A stretch of DNA of 64,000 nt from a phage: the sequence record PZ452611.1. One strand, given 5' to 3'. Each line of letters starts with the position of its first letter. Position 1 is the stretch's first letter. A program made the translations under genes and the position numbers. Positions 37,591-46,899 of the stretch are shown here, piece after piece. The notes below the pieces were generated by a model that was not told where the DNA came from, searched no databases, and saw only the letters and a list, made by a program, of their open reading frames with translations.

Positions 37591-37875
37591 ATGGTAGTAG
37601 AGCCAACAAAAACATTTACATCCATGACCATTCCTGTTATTATGCAGGTGGAGTGTGTTCAGGTATCTCAAGTGTGGCCTGGCACCAAAATCCCAACAGG
37701 GCCTGATTTCTTTCAGGTTGGGAAAGTGTACAATGTCTGGAAGGCACCAGATTGTTACCCTTTCATTAAAGATGAACGTGGGATGCTGTGGTATCTTGGA
37801 AATGACTTGACACTGCACCTTGGGAATGCTATTATTGCAGTATTCAGATTTAACAAGAAGGAGACCGATCAATGA
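37591..37875 (+). CDS. hypothetical protein
   Basis: ORF 37501-37875; internal ATG (M31) preceded by GAGGAG chosen as start. Confidence 0.4.
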   Translation: MVVEPTKTFTSMTIPVIMQVECVQVSQVWPGTKIPTGPDFFQVGKVYNVWKAPDCYPFIKDERGMLWYLGNDLTLHLGNAIIAVFRFNKKETDQ

Positions 37876-38099
37876 CGACTTTGGTTAAAGCTACCTTTGT
37901 AGAAGAAAAGATGACAGACATGTCATTCTTTAAAGAAGGAAAGACCTACGAGGTTTATTACGATAAAGCTCGTGCAAACAAAATGATTAAAGACGAGGAA
38001 GGGGTTGACTGGTATATCTCTCACCTGGCAAACGGTGAGTATCATATCTACGGAACCACTTTGCTTGCCAAGTTTGTAGTTGTTGAAGAGGACCTATGA
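37872..38099 (+). CDS. hypothetical protein
   Basis: 75-aa ORF with ATGA overlap. Confidence 0.45.
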   Translation: MTTLVKATFVEEKMTDMSFFKEGKTYEVYYDKARANKMIKDEEGVDWYISHLANGEYHIYGTTLLAKFVVVEEDL

Positions 38100-38290
38100 A
38101 AGTAAAGTATCTTGCTGAAGGTATGAATAGGTATTTTACCCTTGGTGAAGAATATTGGCCCTTTACAAACAACGGCGATGTCTACGTGAAAGATAATTTC
38201 GGCACGCCGTGGTTTCTGCACTCTAATGGGCTGGGATACTCCATTTACTGCGGTGCAGTGAACAACACAACTCTTGCAGAGTTCGTTTAG
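38096..38290 (+). CDS. hypothetical protein
   Basis: 64-aa ORF with ATGA overlap. Confidence 0.4.
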   Translation: MKVKYLAEGMNRYFTLGEEYWPFTNNGDVYVKDNFGTPWFLHSNGLGYSIYCGAVNNTTLAEFV

Positions 38291-38300
38291 AGGAGGTAGG

Positions 38301-38672
38301 ATGTTAGTAAAAGGTACCCACACAGTCAAACAACGTATTGAAGTTGAGATTGATGATTGTGAGCTGAAGCATATTTTACGGTCATGCTCCAACGTTTTGC
38401 TCCTTAGTATTCTTCAGGAGCGAGCGGAGAATGAGTTCTTAAATGCATTGGCAGGCCGTCCCGGTGACTTCTGTGTGCGTAAGCGTGGTGACAACAAGTC
38501 ATGGTTGTGGGAAATCGATGCCGACTGGGATTACCACAAAAATGAGGGTATAGATGAGCCTATTCGTGAACTGACTGAAAACGAAGTTCAGATGTACGAA
38601 GATGTTTGCCAGTGGGCAAAAAGTCAACAAACCTACCTTGATCCTTGGTGGATGATTGAAAATAGTCGTTGA
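38301..38672 (+). CDS. hypothetical protein
   Basis: ORF 38274-38672; ATG at 38301 preceded by GAGGAGG. Confidence 0.45.
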   Translation: MLVKGTHTVKQRIEVEIDDCELKHILRSCSNVLLLSILQERAENEFLNALAGRPGDFCVRKRGDNKSWLWEIDADWDYHKNEGIDEPIRELTENEVQMYEDVCQWAKSQQTYLDPWWMIENSR

Positions 38673-38748
38673 CAAGAAGTAAGGTTAGATGTAAGATACT
38701 CCTCACAAACAGAGTATTGATTGTTAAATAATTAAGGAGACCTCTAAG

Positions 38749-39003
38749 ATGAAAATCATGTTGAAACCAGAATGCGTTGCAAACGACCGAGCTTTTAAAG
38801 ATTGCACACTTGGCGCTACTTATGAAGCAGAGTTTTGTGAGAACCCTTTGGTAAAAGCCCTTTTGGAAGAAGGGGCCCCTCTATCACAAGAAGAGCTTGA
38901 TGAGCTGGAAAACTCAGCACAGTGCCTTACCTTTAAAGATGATGAAGGAGACTCTGTCTGGTGCACTGTTAACGAAGTAGTTTTTGTAAAAACTGAACAT
39001 TAA
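38749..39003 (+). CDS. hypothetical small protein (tandem paralog A)
   Basis: 84-aa ORF, RBS aaggag; shares AF(K/R)DCT ... D(E/N)GD(S/C)V(W/F)CT pattern with next gene. Confidence 0.5.
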   Translation: MKIMLKPECVANDRAFKDCTLGATYEAEFCENPLVKALLEEGAPLSQEELDELENSAQCLTFKDDEGDSVWCTVNEVVFVKTEH

Positions 39004-39006
39004 TAC

Positions 39007-39035
39007 TTGACAACAGCGATAGGACCTAATACAAT
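39007..39035 (+). promoter_or_regulatory. sigma70-like promoter overlapping an inverted repeat
   Basis: TTGACA - 17 nt - TACAAT; spacer/-10 embedded in palindrome TAGGACC...GGTCCTA. Confidence 0.5.
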
Positions 39036-39066
39036 GGTCCTATCAAAACGAAAGGGGACCACAGCA

Positions 39067-39327
39067 ATGACCAAACAATATCAACGAATTAAAGCCAAGG
39101 TTAAGCCAGACTACCTAGAGAAGGACTCTGCTTTTCGGGACTGCACAGCTGACAAAGTTTACACAGGGGCCGTCCTGTTGAACGATGAACTTGAAGTAGA
39201 TATTCTGGGTAAAGAGGCCGTTATCGAGGATGACAACGGTGACTGTGTTTTCTGCACCACACGGGAGCTAGAAGTCTTAGAATACTTCGGTGAAATCTTC
39301 AACTCCTTAGACGACGAGGAAGCGTGA
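39067..39327 (+). CDS. hypothetical small protein (tandem paralog B)
   Basis: ORF 39007-39327; ATG at 39067 (M21) lies downstream of the promoter and an RBS-like aaagggga; paralogous to 38749-39003. Confidence 0.5.
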   Translation: MTKQYQRIKAKVKPDYLEKDSAFRDCTADKVYTGAVLLNDELEVDILGKEAVIEDDNGDCVFCTTRELEVLEYFGEIFNSLDDEEA

Positions 39328-39716
39328 TGAAAAATATTTGGGATATTGATATCTTTGAAGCCTCTAAGCTTGACGGTGCTGATGGAGTGATTATGGTGTC
39401 TGATGGCAAGGCAACACTAACTTCCGGAGACATCATCTATGCCTTGGACGAGCTGGCGCTTCTGAAATCTACCGGTAACACTTTAGAGGAGCGTCTTCAA
39501 GGCTTCGCCTTCAAAGAAGGCACAAATACCGCCATGATGTGCACCACACGGACAGTTCAGGTGGGTAACGGTGTCTATATGATCATTGCTGTGTGTCCTA
39601 AATTCAGCAACGTCAACAAAGATGATACTGACGCTGTCAACGATGTGGTTGTTCTCTTCGTTGGTGACGCTATGGCAGATCTGATGAATGCAGGAGAGGC
39701 AGCAAATGAAGACTGA
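39324..39716 (+). CDS. hypothetical protein
   Basis: 130-aa ORF with ATGA overlap. Confidence 0.45.
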   Translation: MMKNIWDIDIFEASKLDGADGVIMVSDGKATLTSGDIIYALDELALLKSTGNTLEERLQGFAFKEGTNTAMMCTTRTVQVGNGVYMIIAVCPKFSNVNKDDTDAVNDVVVLFVGDAMADLMNAGEAANED

Positions 39717-40008
39717 AAACATCACCCCCGCAGGGTTCTTAAAAGTATACCGTGAACTGCTATACACTACAGAGGACAGTGTTCTAGAGTATCCAGAATA
39801 TCTTTTGCTGTATAAGTATCTGCAGGAGGCTGGTGAAAATCTGCCAGTTAGTGCAGAAGGTGGTCCGAACTGGATATACAGCGCATGGAGAAAGGTTGAC
39901 ATTCTCCCAGACCCAGGTAAAGATATGGTAGTTTGGCAGCTTATCAACAACATCGGGATTCCAATCTTTGATGAAGCTGTTAAAATCTATTTTGAACTTG
40001 ACGATTAA
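39706..40008 (+). CDS. hypothetical protein
   Basis: ORF 39688-40008; ATG at 39706 preceded by aggaga. Confidence 0.4.
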   Translation: MKTENITPAGFLKVYRELLYTTEDSVLEYPEYLLLYKYLQEAGENLPVSAEGGPNWIYSAWRKVDILPDPGKDMVVWQLINNIGIPIFDEAVKIYFELDD

Positions 40009-40025
40009 TATCAGGAGACCTTAAG

Positions 40026-40271
40026 ATGGCTGAAGTAGTTGCTCGCGCAGGACAGAAAGTACGTTGTGTGGAAGTAGGTTTTGGTGGCAAAGGGTGTCAA
40101 AACTTGACTCAAGGTAAGGAATACGCTGTTATTTCTGGTGGTGGCGACGAGAGTATTGTGTTCGAGGGCCACATCCTGGATGCTGAAAACTTTGAAATCT
40201 TTGACGACGATGGAGATCCGATCACCTGCCTGCTGGACGGGAATTGGGGAACTTTCGAAGTGATTGGCTAA
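40026..40271 (+). CDS. hypothetical protein
   Basis: 81-aa ORF, RBS aggaga. Confidence 0.45.
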   Translation: MAEVVARAGQKVRCVEVGFGGKGCQNLTQGKEYAVISGGGDESIVFEGHILDAENFEIFDDDGDPITCLLDGNWGTFEVIG

Positions 40272-40354
40272 CAAATACCTATTGTAATTTACAGAAGGGG
40301 ATGCTAAAATAGTGTCTCCTTCTATGTTGTTCAAATAAAATCGGAGATTCCATA

Positions 40355-40720
40355 ATGGAACAAATGAACGATCAAGCGTCGGTTGCGATGAACGAGCAAG
40401 AACAACCTCAAGAATTTTTCTTAGGGTTAAGTAAAGATCAAGTGTCTCTTCTGCTAGTGCTTTCTTCTTTCATGGGAAGACTTCAGGAGCTCACACAACA
40501 GCCAGAGGCTGAACAATTATTCCAAGCTTTGCGTGAAGAAGAAAAATATCGTCGTTTGGACTATGCCTTAGGTTGGGTAGCTCAACAACGGGATATGCTG
40601 ATGGCCCTCTCTGGGACCACAAGTTTTGCAATGGGCCTGTTGGCTCAAGTTCAGGACAAATTAATTCAAGCAGGGTTCGCACACACGGCAAGCACTAACG
40701 AAGAACAAGGAGACAAATAA
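40355..40720 (+). CDS. hypothetical protein
   Basis: 121-aa ORF, RBS ggaga. Confidence 0.45.
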   Translation: MEQMNDQASVAMNEQEQPQEFFLGLSKDQVSLLLVLSSFMGRLQELTQQPEAEQLFQALREEEKYRRLDYALGWVAQQRDMLMALSGTTSFAMGLLAQVQDKLIQAGFAHTASTNEEQGDK

Positions 40721-41991
40721 TGAGCGTTATTCAACAATTCGCTAACCCAATGAATCCGCGTGAAACTGTTTTACTGGCTCACGGCATGATTAAACGTGTT
40801 AGCATCAAGCCTATCAAAGGTGCTGATCCTACAACAGGTATTAAAACCACTGTGTGGCAAGGTAAGAAAATTGAATCCAGCCACACCATCTCTTTACTGA
40901 TTTCTGAACTGGATTCCTCTGATAACCTGCTTCAAGGTGGTGAAGAGGTCTGGATCAGCATGGGTGATAAGCTGCTTAAACCAGGTCATCAAGACTCTGT
41001 CTCTGTTAAGATTGATGACAAGTGGGAAACCGTAACGCCAGGATGGATCGTAAATATCCCTTTGAAGGCAAACGAGCATAACGGTAAGACCTATTACAAA
41101 GGCTCACTGGCTAAGATGGTTAAGCTGGGCGCAGGAGAGGCTCCAGCAGCGACTCAGCAGCAAAAACAGCAACAAGGTGCACAATCACAAGGCCAGAAGC
41201 AGAAACCTCAGCAGAATGCCAATCAGGACGTTTTACGCATCTATGGCGATGTGACTCAGATTGTTGGCAACGTGGTTACTGTTAATGACCACAAGATTGG
41301 CGAAGGTGCCATGGTTGTCACTGATGAGCAGCTTAAAGACCTGGTGGTAGGTGGTCGTGTTGCAGCCATTGTTGACAAAGACACTGGAAACATTATCAGT
41401 GGTTTCAAAGCCTATCCACCTAAGGCAGAGAACGGCACTCAAGGCTCTGGTGGCAAGCGTAAATCCTCTTACGACCCTATCGGTGTGGAAACGGGGCATA
41501 GCATCAATGCGTTGCAAATCATCCTGGATCGCGGGTTTAAGGTAGACGACCCACTAGGAGTGGCTAAAACACTGCACGTAGTCACCATTGAGCTTAAGAA
41601 AGAGTATGCTCAAGCCACCAACCGAACTGAAGATGAAGTAGGTGCCAGTGTCGGTAATGCGGTGTTGAACGCTTGTCGCCGTATTGACAAGAAAACGAAA
41701 GTTGATGATTTTGCAGCGGCAATTACTGCAGAAGCAAAAGATGTCTTGACTAATCTGGCTGAGCCGTTGTACGATTGGATCAAGAACGGTGCTGGGTCAA
41801 CCGACCATCAAGAACCTCAGGCTGCCAAACAGGAAGCAGCTCCACAGCAAAACACTGTAGACGCTCCTCCTGTAAATGATGAGGAAGATGACCCGATGGA
41901 TCAGAATCCGGCGCAGTATGACTTCTGTGATGACATACCTTTCGCTCCGGTAGGTTTGCAATATGGCAAAAGTAGAATCCACGCATTGTAA
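40720..41991 (+). CDS. putative DNA-binding protein (possibly SSB-like)
   Basis: 423-aa ORF; Gln-rich linker ([20 protein letters not shown]) and near-C-terminal acidic D-F-C-D-D-I-P-F resembling the DDDIPF tip of bacterial SSBs; lies in replication module; assignment tentative. Confidence 0.4.
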   Translation: MSVIQQFANPMNPRETVLLAHGMIKRVSIKPIKGADPTTGIKTTVWQGKKIESSHTISLLISELDSSDNLLQGGEEVWISMGDKLLKPGHQDSVSVKIDDKWETVTPGWIVNIPLKANEHNGKTYYKGSLAKMVKLGAGEAPAATQQQKQQQGAQSQGQKQKPQQNANQDVLRIYGDVTQIVGNVVTVNDHKIGEGAMVVTDEQLKDLVVGGRVAAIVDKDTGNIISGFKAYPPKAENGTQGSGGKRKSSYDPIGVETGHSINALQIILDRGFKVDDPLGVAKTLHVVTIELKKEYAQATNRTEDEVGASVGNAVLNACRRIDKKTKVDDFAAAITAEAKDVLTNLAEPLYDWIKNGAGSTDHQEPQAAKQEAAPQQNTVDAPPVNDEEDDPMDQNPAQYDFCDDIPFAPVGLQYGKSRIHAL

Positions 41992-42586
41992 GAGGTGCAT
42001 CAAGTGCGGGGAGGTGAAAGACCTCTCCGAGTTCTACAAACACCAAAAGATGTCTGACGGTCATCTTAATAAGTGCAAAGAGTGTTGCAAGAAGGCCAGT
42101 AGGGAGGCTGACCAATTTTCCTACGACTCTTCAGAAAAAGGTGTAATACGCGTGCTGTACAAGGCTCAAAAGTGCAACAGCAAGCAAAGAGGTCACCCGC
42201 CTCCGACTTACACCAAAAAAGAGTTTAAGGAGTGGCTATACCTAAACGGTTACAAAGAGTTGTATGATCAATGGGTAGCCAGCGGATACGACAAAAGGAA
42301 AAAGCCTTCTTGTGATAGGATAGATGATTTCAAAGGGTACTCTTTTGATAATATCCGTTTAACTACCTGGGGAGAAAATAAAGACAAGCAGACGGAGGAT
42401 ATTCTGTTGCATAGAAGCACCAGCGGTAGACGGTGTAAAAATGTAAGGAGACTGGACATGAATGGCAACGTTCTTAAAGAATGGGTATCCCACAATTCTT
42501 GTAGAAGAGAAACCGGAATATGTGTTGATTACTACATTCATGAAAAAATTCCAGCTCCCGATGGATACCTCTATGAATACTTTTAG
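41963..42586 (+). CDS. HNH_3-like homing-endonuclease-like protein with N-terminal Cys cluster
   Basis: 207-aa ORF; N-terminal CKRCIKC...CKECC zinc-binding-like cluster; [25 protein letters not shown] matches HNH_3-type core and the motif in ORF 18304-19347. Confidence 0.5.
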   Translation: MAKVESTHCKRCIKCGEVKDLSEFYKHQKMSDGHLNKCKECCKKASREADQFSYDSSEKGVIRVLYKAQKCNSKQRGHPPPTYTKKEFKEWLYLNGYKELYDQWVASGYDKRKKPSCDRIDDFKGYSFDNIRLTTWGENKDKQTEDILLHRSTSGRRCKNVRRLDMNGNVLKEWVSHNSCRRETGICVDYYIHEKIPAPDGYLYEYF

Positions 42587-42601
42587 CACCTAACTGACAT
42601 A

Positions 42602-42629
42602 GCCCTGCCCGAAAGGGTGGGGCATTTTT
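42602..42629 (+). terminator. putative intrinsic terminator (repeated element, copy 2)
   Basis: same GCCCTGCCCGAAAGGGTGGGGC core as 31552-31578, followed by ATTTTTG. Confidence 0.55.
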
Positions 42630-42648
42630 GTATAAGGAGATCTGAAAA

Positions 42649-43065
42649 ATGACATTAGAAGATATCATTGTTAAACCTGAGAACTATGACCAATACAACC
42701 TGTCAACTCAATCTGTAGACCTCGGATGCGCCACAGTCAGTGCATGGCTGGTTAACGGAAAAGAGCTTGACGAGTGCCTGGAAGCACACATGTCGGTGAA
42801 TAAATTTCTTGATGAAAATACCCACTGGCTAGAGGGTGCAGGAGTATATGCTTCATGGTTGGAGAGTATGGGATTCGACTACCAATCTGAAGAGGGGTGG
42901 TGGAGCTATTTAGCTATCTGCCCAGAGACGCTGCAATGCTTCATGAAATATTCTGAAGATTTGGAGTACCGGGCGGTGGTTGATAGTGCCATTGCCCGTT
43001 ATAGCCGTAAACCTTTTTCCCACGACATTAAAACTGTGGAAGAGTTTGTTGAAGTTTTCTGTTGA
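42649..43065 (+). CDS. hypothetical protein
   Basis: 138-aa ORF, RBS aaggaga. Confidence 0.45.
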   Translation: MTLEDIIVKPENYDQYNLSTQSVDLGCATVSAWLVNGKELDECLEAHMSVNKFLDENTHWLEGAGVYASWLESMGFDYQSEEGWWSYLAICPETLQCFMKYSEDLEYRAVVDSAIARYSRKPFSHDIKTVEEFVEVFC

Positions 43066-43161
43066 CACAGGTTGAAAGGTGTGCAATTATAACTTCATAG
43101 AACGGGAGGACGTGATGAACGAAGAAAACTGGGATGTATAACTAACAGGAGGCCACTGCCC

Positions 43162-43359
43162 ATGATTTATCGAATCCGTGTAAGAGAAGATGCACCAGGC
43201 TGTTACTTTGACTGGCGTGGGTGGTGGTTTCTCCACCCGATGGATGGACTCACAGATAGAATGCTGGATGCTGCCCTTTATACAGATACCGACATAGAAT
43301 ATAATCTCTATCTGAAGGACGGTATAGATAACGGTCTATTTGAAGCAATTCCTGTGTAA
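43162..43359 (+). CDS. hypothetical protein
   Basis: 65-aa ORF, RBS aggagg. Confidence 0.45.
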   Translation: MIYRIRVREDAPGCYFDWRGWWFLHPMDGLTDRMLDAALYTDTDIEYNLYLKDGIDNGLFEAIPV

Positions 43360-43427
43360 GAGACTGTGATAGCCATGTTTTATGATCTTCCTGTAGCACC
43401 ACCACCTGTTGAACCTGGAGAACTAAG

Positions 43428-43853
43428 ATGATCTATGAAATTCCAAAACTGATTCGCGACGATGCCCAAAACGCCCACACCTTTATCATGGGCAAGCGCA
43501 TGGATATTATTTGTCATAAAGATTTCTGGGAAAGTAGTTACTTCACAGAGTATTTTGGTAAACTGGACAATGGTCTGCTGATCCAGTTCTACACCGACGA
43601 GGAAAACAATATCTGCTGGGAGTTCGAAACTGAAGATATCCATAAACTTCTCACCTTCCTCGGTATTAAGGTTGAGGCCAAGTTTGAAGAAGGTGAGTGC
43701 GACGATTGTGGATTCTACGAGGTAACAGATTTCTATCTTCCGAGTGGTGAGAACCTTTACTATGAAAGCCACTTCGGTAACTCCAATATGCCACAGTGCT
43801 GGACTGAGTTTTTTGAAATTGCGGAAGAGGAGCTGGCATACCGTGATTATTGA
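43428..43853 (+). CDS. hypothetical acidic protein
   Basis: 141-aa ORF, RBS ggagaa. Confidence 0.45.
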   Translation: MIYEIPKLIRDDAQNAHTFIMGKRMDIICHKDFWESSYFTEYFGKLDNGLLIQFYTDEENNICWEFETEDIHKLLTFLGIKVEAKFEEGECDDCGFYEVTDFYLPSGENLYYESHFGNSNMPQCWTEFFEIAEEELAYRDY

Positions 43854-44301
43854 TACTGTAGAGGGAGATCTAATCTCTCTTTTCAAGAAAGGGTCGGGCC
43901 ACATGATCCACGGTTGTAACTGCTTTCACACAATGGGTGCAGGCATAGCGAAAGATATTGCCCGTGAGTTCCCTCAAGCACTGGCAGCCGACAAAGAGAC
44001 TGCCTATGGTAATCTGGACAAGCTGGGTATGTTTTCTTGTTGGGAGCATTTTGCCAAGAACAGGGTCGTATATGGAATCAACCTGTATACCCAGTTCTAC
44101 CCAGGGCCCAATGCTGAATACTTCTCAATAATGAAAGGTTTTGAGCGAGTCAACGAGGTATTCAAAGGTGTGTCATTGCCGTTCTACATTCCTAAAATTG
44201 GATGCGGTATTGGCGGTCTAAAGTGGGAACATGTAGAAGATGTAATTAATCTTGCAACCACAGATATTGATGTGGTTGTAGTAGAGTACAAAAAGTGTTG
44301 A
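43843..44301 (+). CDS. macrodomain protein (ADP-ribose binding/processing)
   Basis: ORF 43744-44301; GTG at 43843 overlapping upstream stop; VIIDTVEGDLISLFKKGSGHMIHGCNCFHTMGAGIAKDIA and IPKIGCGIGG match macrodomain N-x-x-N ... G-x-G-(I/V)-A and glycine-rich diphosphate-binding loops. Confidence 0.6.
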   Translation: MIIDTVEGDLISLFKKGSGHMIHGCNCFHTMGAGIAKDIAREFPQALAADKETAYGNLDKLGMFSCWEHFAKNRVVYGINLYTQFYPGPNAEYFSIMKGFERVNEVFKGVSLPFYIPKIGCGIGGLKWEHVEDVINLATTDIDVVVVEYKKC

Positions 44302-44522
44302 CGACCATCTTCTGAGGTGATATAGTTTCCACAACAACTAAGAGAGGAGAGCACTGTGGAGACTAAAATCTTAATTCTTGCTGTGGTAGATACAACCGAA
44401 GGAGCTATATTCGAATCTGCAGGAGGGTATTTCTACCTACCCTACGGAAAAAGAACTGCCGAACCGGGTAAAGATTCAATCATCAAAGTGTTCCCGTGTG
44501 CTTTCTGGCTGGAGATTCTGGC

Positions 44523-44735
44523 ATGAAAACCTGCATGTGTGTGTCCACGCAATCGGATAATCAAGGGCTGTTTGAAGAATATCCAGTAATAGATGGGCCT
44601 AGCATATCCTTGTGCGACTTCCTGACTGGGACACGTGGTGGCTGTACAAAAGTGATGAATATTCAGGCTATTACTTTGCAAAAACATTTACCGGAGAGTT
44701 GGTATTTGTTCTGGAGGACTGAGGAGGGCTTATGA
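44523..44735 (+). CDS. hypothetical small Cys-containing protein
   Basis: ORF 44496-44735; internal ATG at 44523 overlaps stop of an unlisted 56-aa ORF (approx. 44356-44526). Confidence 0.35.
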   Translation: MKTCMCVSTQSDNQGLFEEYPVIDGPSISLCDFLTGTRGGCTKVMNIQAITLQKHLPESWYLFWRTEEGL

Positions 44736-44926
44736 GAAACAAGAAAGAACTTTACTCTGGCGAGTGGATCAACGATCAACAGATTGGAGAGGTAACCTGC
44801 TTCCGATGTTTTACCAGGTACAATATTAAAACTGCACCAAAAAGTGTTCCAAAGACTGATGGTTATTACATAAAAGAACCTTATTGCCCAAAATGTAAAT
44901 GCCGATTATATTGGAGTAACCTGTAA
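44732..44926 (+). CDS. small zinc-ribbon-like protein
   Basis: 64-aa ORF, RBS gaggag; CFRC ... CPKCKC pattern. Confidence 0.45.
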   Translation: MRNKKELYSGEWINDQQIGEVTCFRCFTRYNIKTAPKSVPKTDGYYIKEPYCPKCKCRLYWSNL

Positions 44927-44930
44927 AAGA

Positions 44931-44958
44931 TTGACATCTGAAAACTGCAGTGTATAAT
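44931..44958 (+). promoter_or_regulatory. sigma70 consensus promoter
   Basis: TTGACA - 16 nt - TATAAT immediately after stop of ORF 44732-44926. Confidence 0.6.
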
Positions 44959-44989
44959 ATATGCATAAACTAACAGAGAGTGATGTATT

Positions 44990-45181
44990 ATGGTAATTTT
45001 TAACCGGGATGGTATCATAGTTAGACAGCACCCGTTCCTTGAATACTATCAAATTGAGCAATGGTGCTACGGGGATTGCAGTCACTCCTATGGGCAAAGT
45101 TGGGGATATCGTACAGTTTTTGAATCCACAGACCTTGACAAAGTAAGACAGAAAGTTTTAGAACTTATTAACAACAAGTGA
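44990..45181 (+). CDS. hypothetical protein
   Basis: 63-aa ORF downstream of consensus promoter. Confidence 0.4.
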   Translation: MVIFNRDGIIVRQHPFLEYYQIEQWCYGDCSHSYGQSWGYRTVFESTDLDKVRQKVLELINNK

Positions 45182-45188
45182 GTATGAT

Positions 45189-45521
45189 ATGGTAACATTA
45201 GAAAGACGTAAAGCTATCGCCGCCACACTGGCAGACATCTTTTGGGAGTGCAATTTAAAAGATACTAGATATTGTGGCGCATCTGTAGATGCATTGTTCC
45301 CACGGCCCACTATTGTTGCAATGGGGAACCTGTTAAACGTAGTGTATGGAGCGTGGGACAAAGAAGGTGGATTTTATATCTGGCAACCTGACTACGGGAC
45401 CTGGAAAGAGGTAAGGGGTGCGGATGACTTTGGGCCTGCAGTTGCTAAGATGGATGGCTGGGAAATCTATGTTGGAAACGACATGAAGCTGAAGGGCGAG
45501 ATTGTTTACTGGTTACCTTAA
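45189..45521 (+). CDS. hypothetical protein
   Basis: 110-aa ORF. Confidence 0.45.
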   Translation: MVTLERRKAIAATLADIFWECNLKDTRYCGASVDALFPRPTIVAMGNLLNVVYGAWDKEGGFYIWQPDYGTWKEVRGADDFGPAVAKMDGWEIYVGNDMKLKGEIVYWLP

Positions 45522-45541
45522 GAAAGTGCAGGAGATAAAGT

Positions 45542-45787
45542 ATGAACAAAGGGTGGACATTTGTAGACGGCGTTAAAAACATGCCTCTAGGAAAGTATAT
45601 TGTAGCCATGGCTGATGAGGATGGCAATGTAGATTTCGGAGCTTGCGAGGTTGTTCTTGCAGGATCTGGTAACTATGTGAGTAAAACCGGGATAATTAAC
45701 GGTCAGTTCTACTTTGATCACAACCCTGTTGTAGCGTATATGGCTATGCCAGAGTTTAAGTTCCCAAAGGAGGATGCAGATGTTTAA
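45542..45787 (+). CDS. hypothetical protein
   Basis: 81-aa ORF, RBS aggaga. Confidence 0.45.
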   Translation: MNKGWTFVDGVKNMPLGKYIVAMADEDGNVDFGACEVVLAGSGNYVSKTGIINGQFYFDHNPVVAYMAMPEFKFPKEDADV

Positions 45788-45977
45788 GCTTAAATCTGCA
45801 TGGAACATCGCTGTGGGTGATGAGATCCGTATCCCCGGTGGGAAGACCATTATGAAGATATCTCGTATTGAGTACGAAGGTGACCGTGTATTCCACATCT
45901 TCGCAGAAGATGGTCGAGAAATTTATATACAGGCAGGTTCTCACATTTATATCCGTAAGAAAGGGGACGACAAATGA
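45774..45977 (+). CDS. hypothetical protein
   Basis: 67-aa ORF, RBS aaggagg. Confidence 0.45.
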   Translation: MQMFKLKSAWNIAVGDEIRIPGGKTIMKISRIEYEGDRVFHIFAEDGREIYIQAGSHIYIRKKGDDK

Positions 45978-46303
45978 CAGAGATCATCATTTCAACTGCA
46001 GGGTATGTGTTCCTGACAATCATTGCACTGACTATTTTGGTGACAGTGTATGGGTTTGTTATCCTTCCTATCCTTGAGACATTTAGTTTGTGTCGGTGTT
46101 GGAGAAAAGCTTACGGTCCACAACCATGGAAGGACTGGCCCCACCTAGTGCGCTTAGCGTTCTCTTATGCTTACGATCACTCCAGCAGTGCATGCATAAC
46201 CGGATACCACGCCCACAACTGGAGCTGGGAAGGGTTGAGGAAATGGAATGTTACAAAGACCATACCTCTGCGCATGTACAAACCTAAAAACAAAGACAGC
46301 TGA
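45974..46303 (+). CDS. membrane protein
   Basis: 109-aa ORF; N-terminal two hydrophobic helices (IIISTAGYVFLTIIALTILVTVYGFVILPIL). Confidence 0.45.
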   Translation: MTEIIISTAGYVFLTIIALTILVTVYGFVILPILETFSLCRCWRKAYGPQPWKDWPHLVRLAFSYAYDHSSSACITGYHAHNWSWEGLRKWNVTKTIPLRMYKPKNKDS

Positions 46304-46599
46304 TACTTGAAAATTCCTGGCATATCAAGTATAAGGGGGATTTCTAAAATGGATTTCCTCCTTTTGATATTTCACCGGGCTGGATATTTTAAAATTCTTA
46401 GAAAATCAGAAAATGGATCGAAAACTAAAATGGATTTTTTCAGCACAGGCGCGGAAAATTGTGCCAATCTATCTAGCCGTTTGCACCATATTCGAGATCA
46501 CCGTTCCAGATTTCCCACACATACACACCTCTCCACCATACCTTTCTCCACTCACTCTTAGTGATTTATGACGGAAAACCCATCGCTATCAGTGAGTTG

Positions 46600-46800
46600 C
46601 GGTACAATTTTTCCAGTACTCGATCTACTTTTCATCTCATGGCTTGGATTTTCTGAAAATTTTTCTCGATAAATTTCTCAGTACTCGATCTGTTTTTCGT
46701 TTTCTGAATCGGATTTTCTGGAAATCGTTCCGGAGCTCGACCTGAAATTTTTGGGGACGAAATCGATTTTTCGTTTTCAGAAATGGATTTTTAAAATTTC
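46600..46800. repeat. tandem degenerate ~55-bp direct repeats (3 copies)
   Basis: units containing tt(c)cagtactcgatct...ttttc...ggattttctg(g)aaa repeated head-to-tail; no ORF >60 aa with RBS. Confidence 0.6.
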
Positions 46801-46899
46801 TATATGGGAATATTTTATGGGATACTGTTTTATAGGAAATTGTTACGGAGGGTAATTAGCATGCTAACTAAATTTATGAAATGCGAAAAGTTCTCATTT

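Noticed and set aside
44442-44687. Minus-strand ORF 44442-44687
   Set aside because: Antisense to co-linear + strand genes with RBS support; no RBS on the - strand.
46561-46800. Possible CRISPR array suggested by tandem repeats
   Set aside because: Repeats are degenerate, ~55 bp, directly abutting with no unique spacers of constant length, and no cas genes are present.
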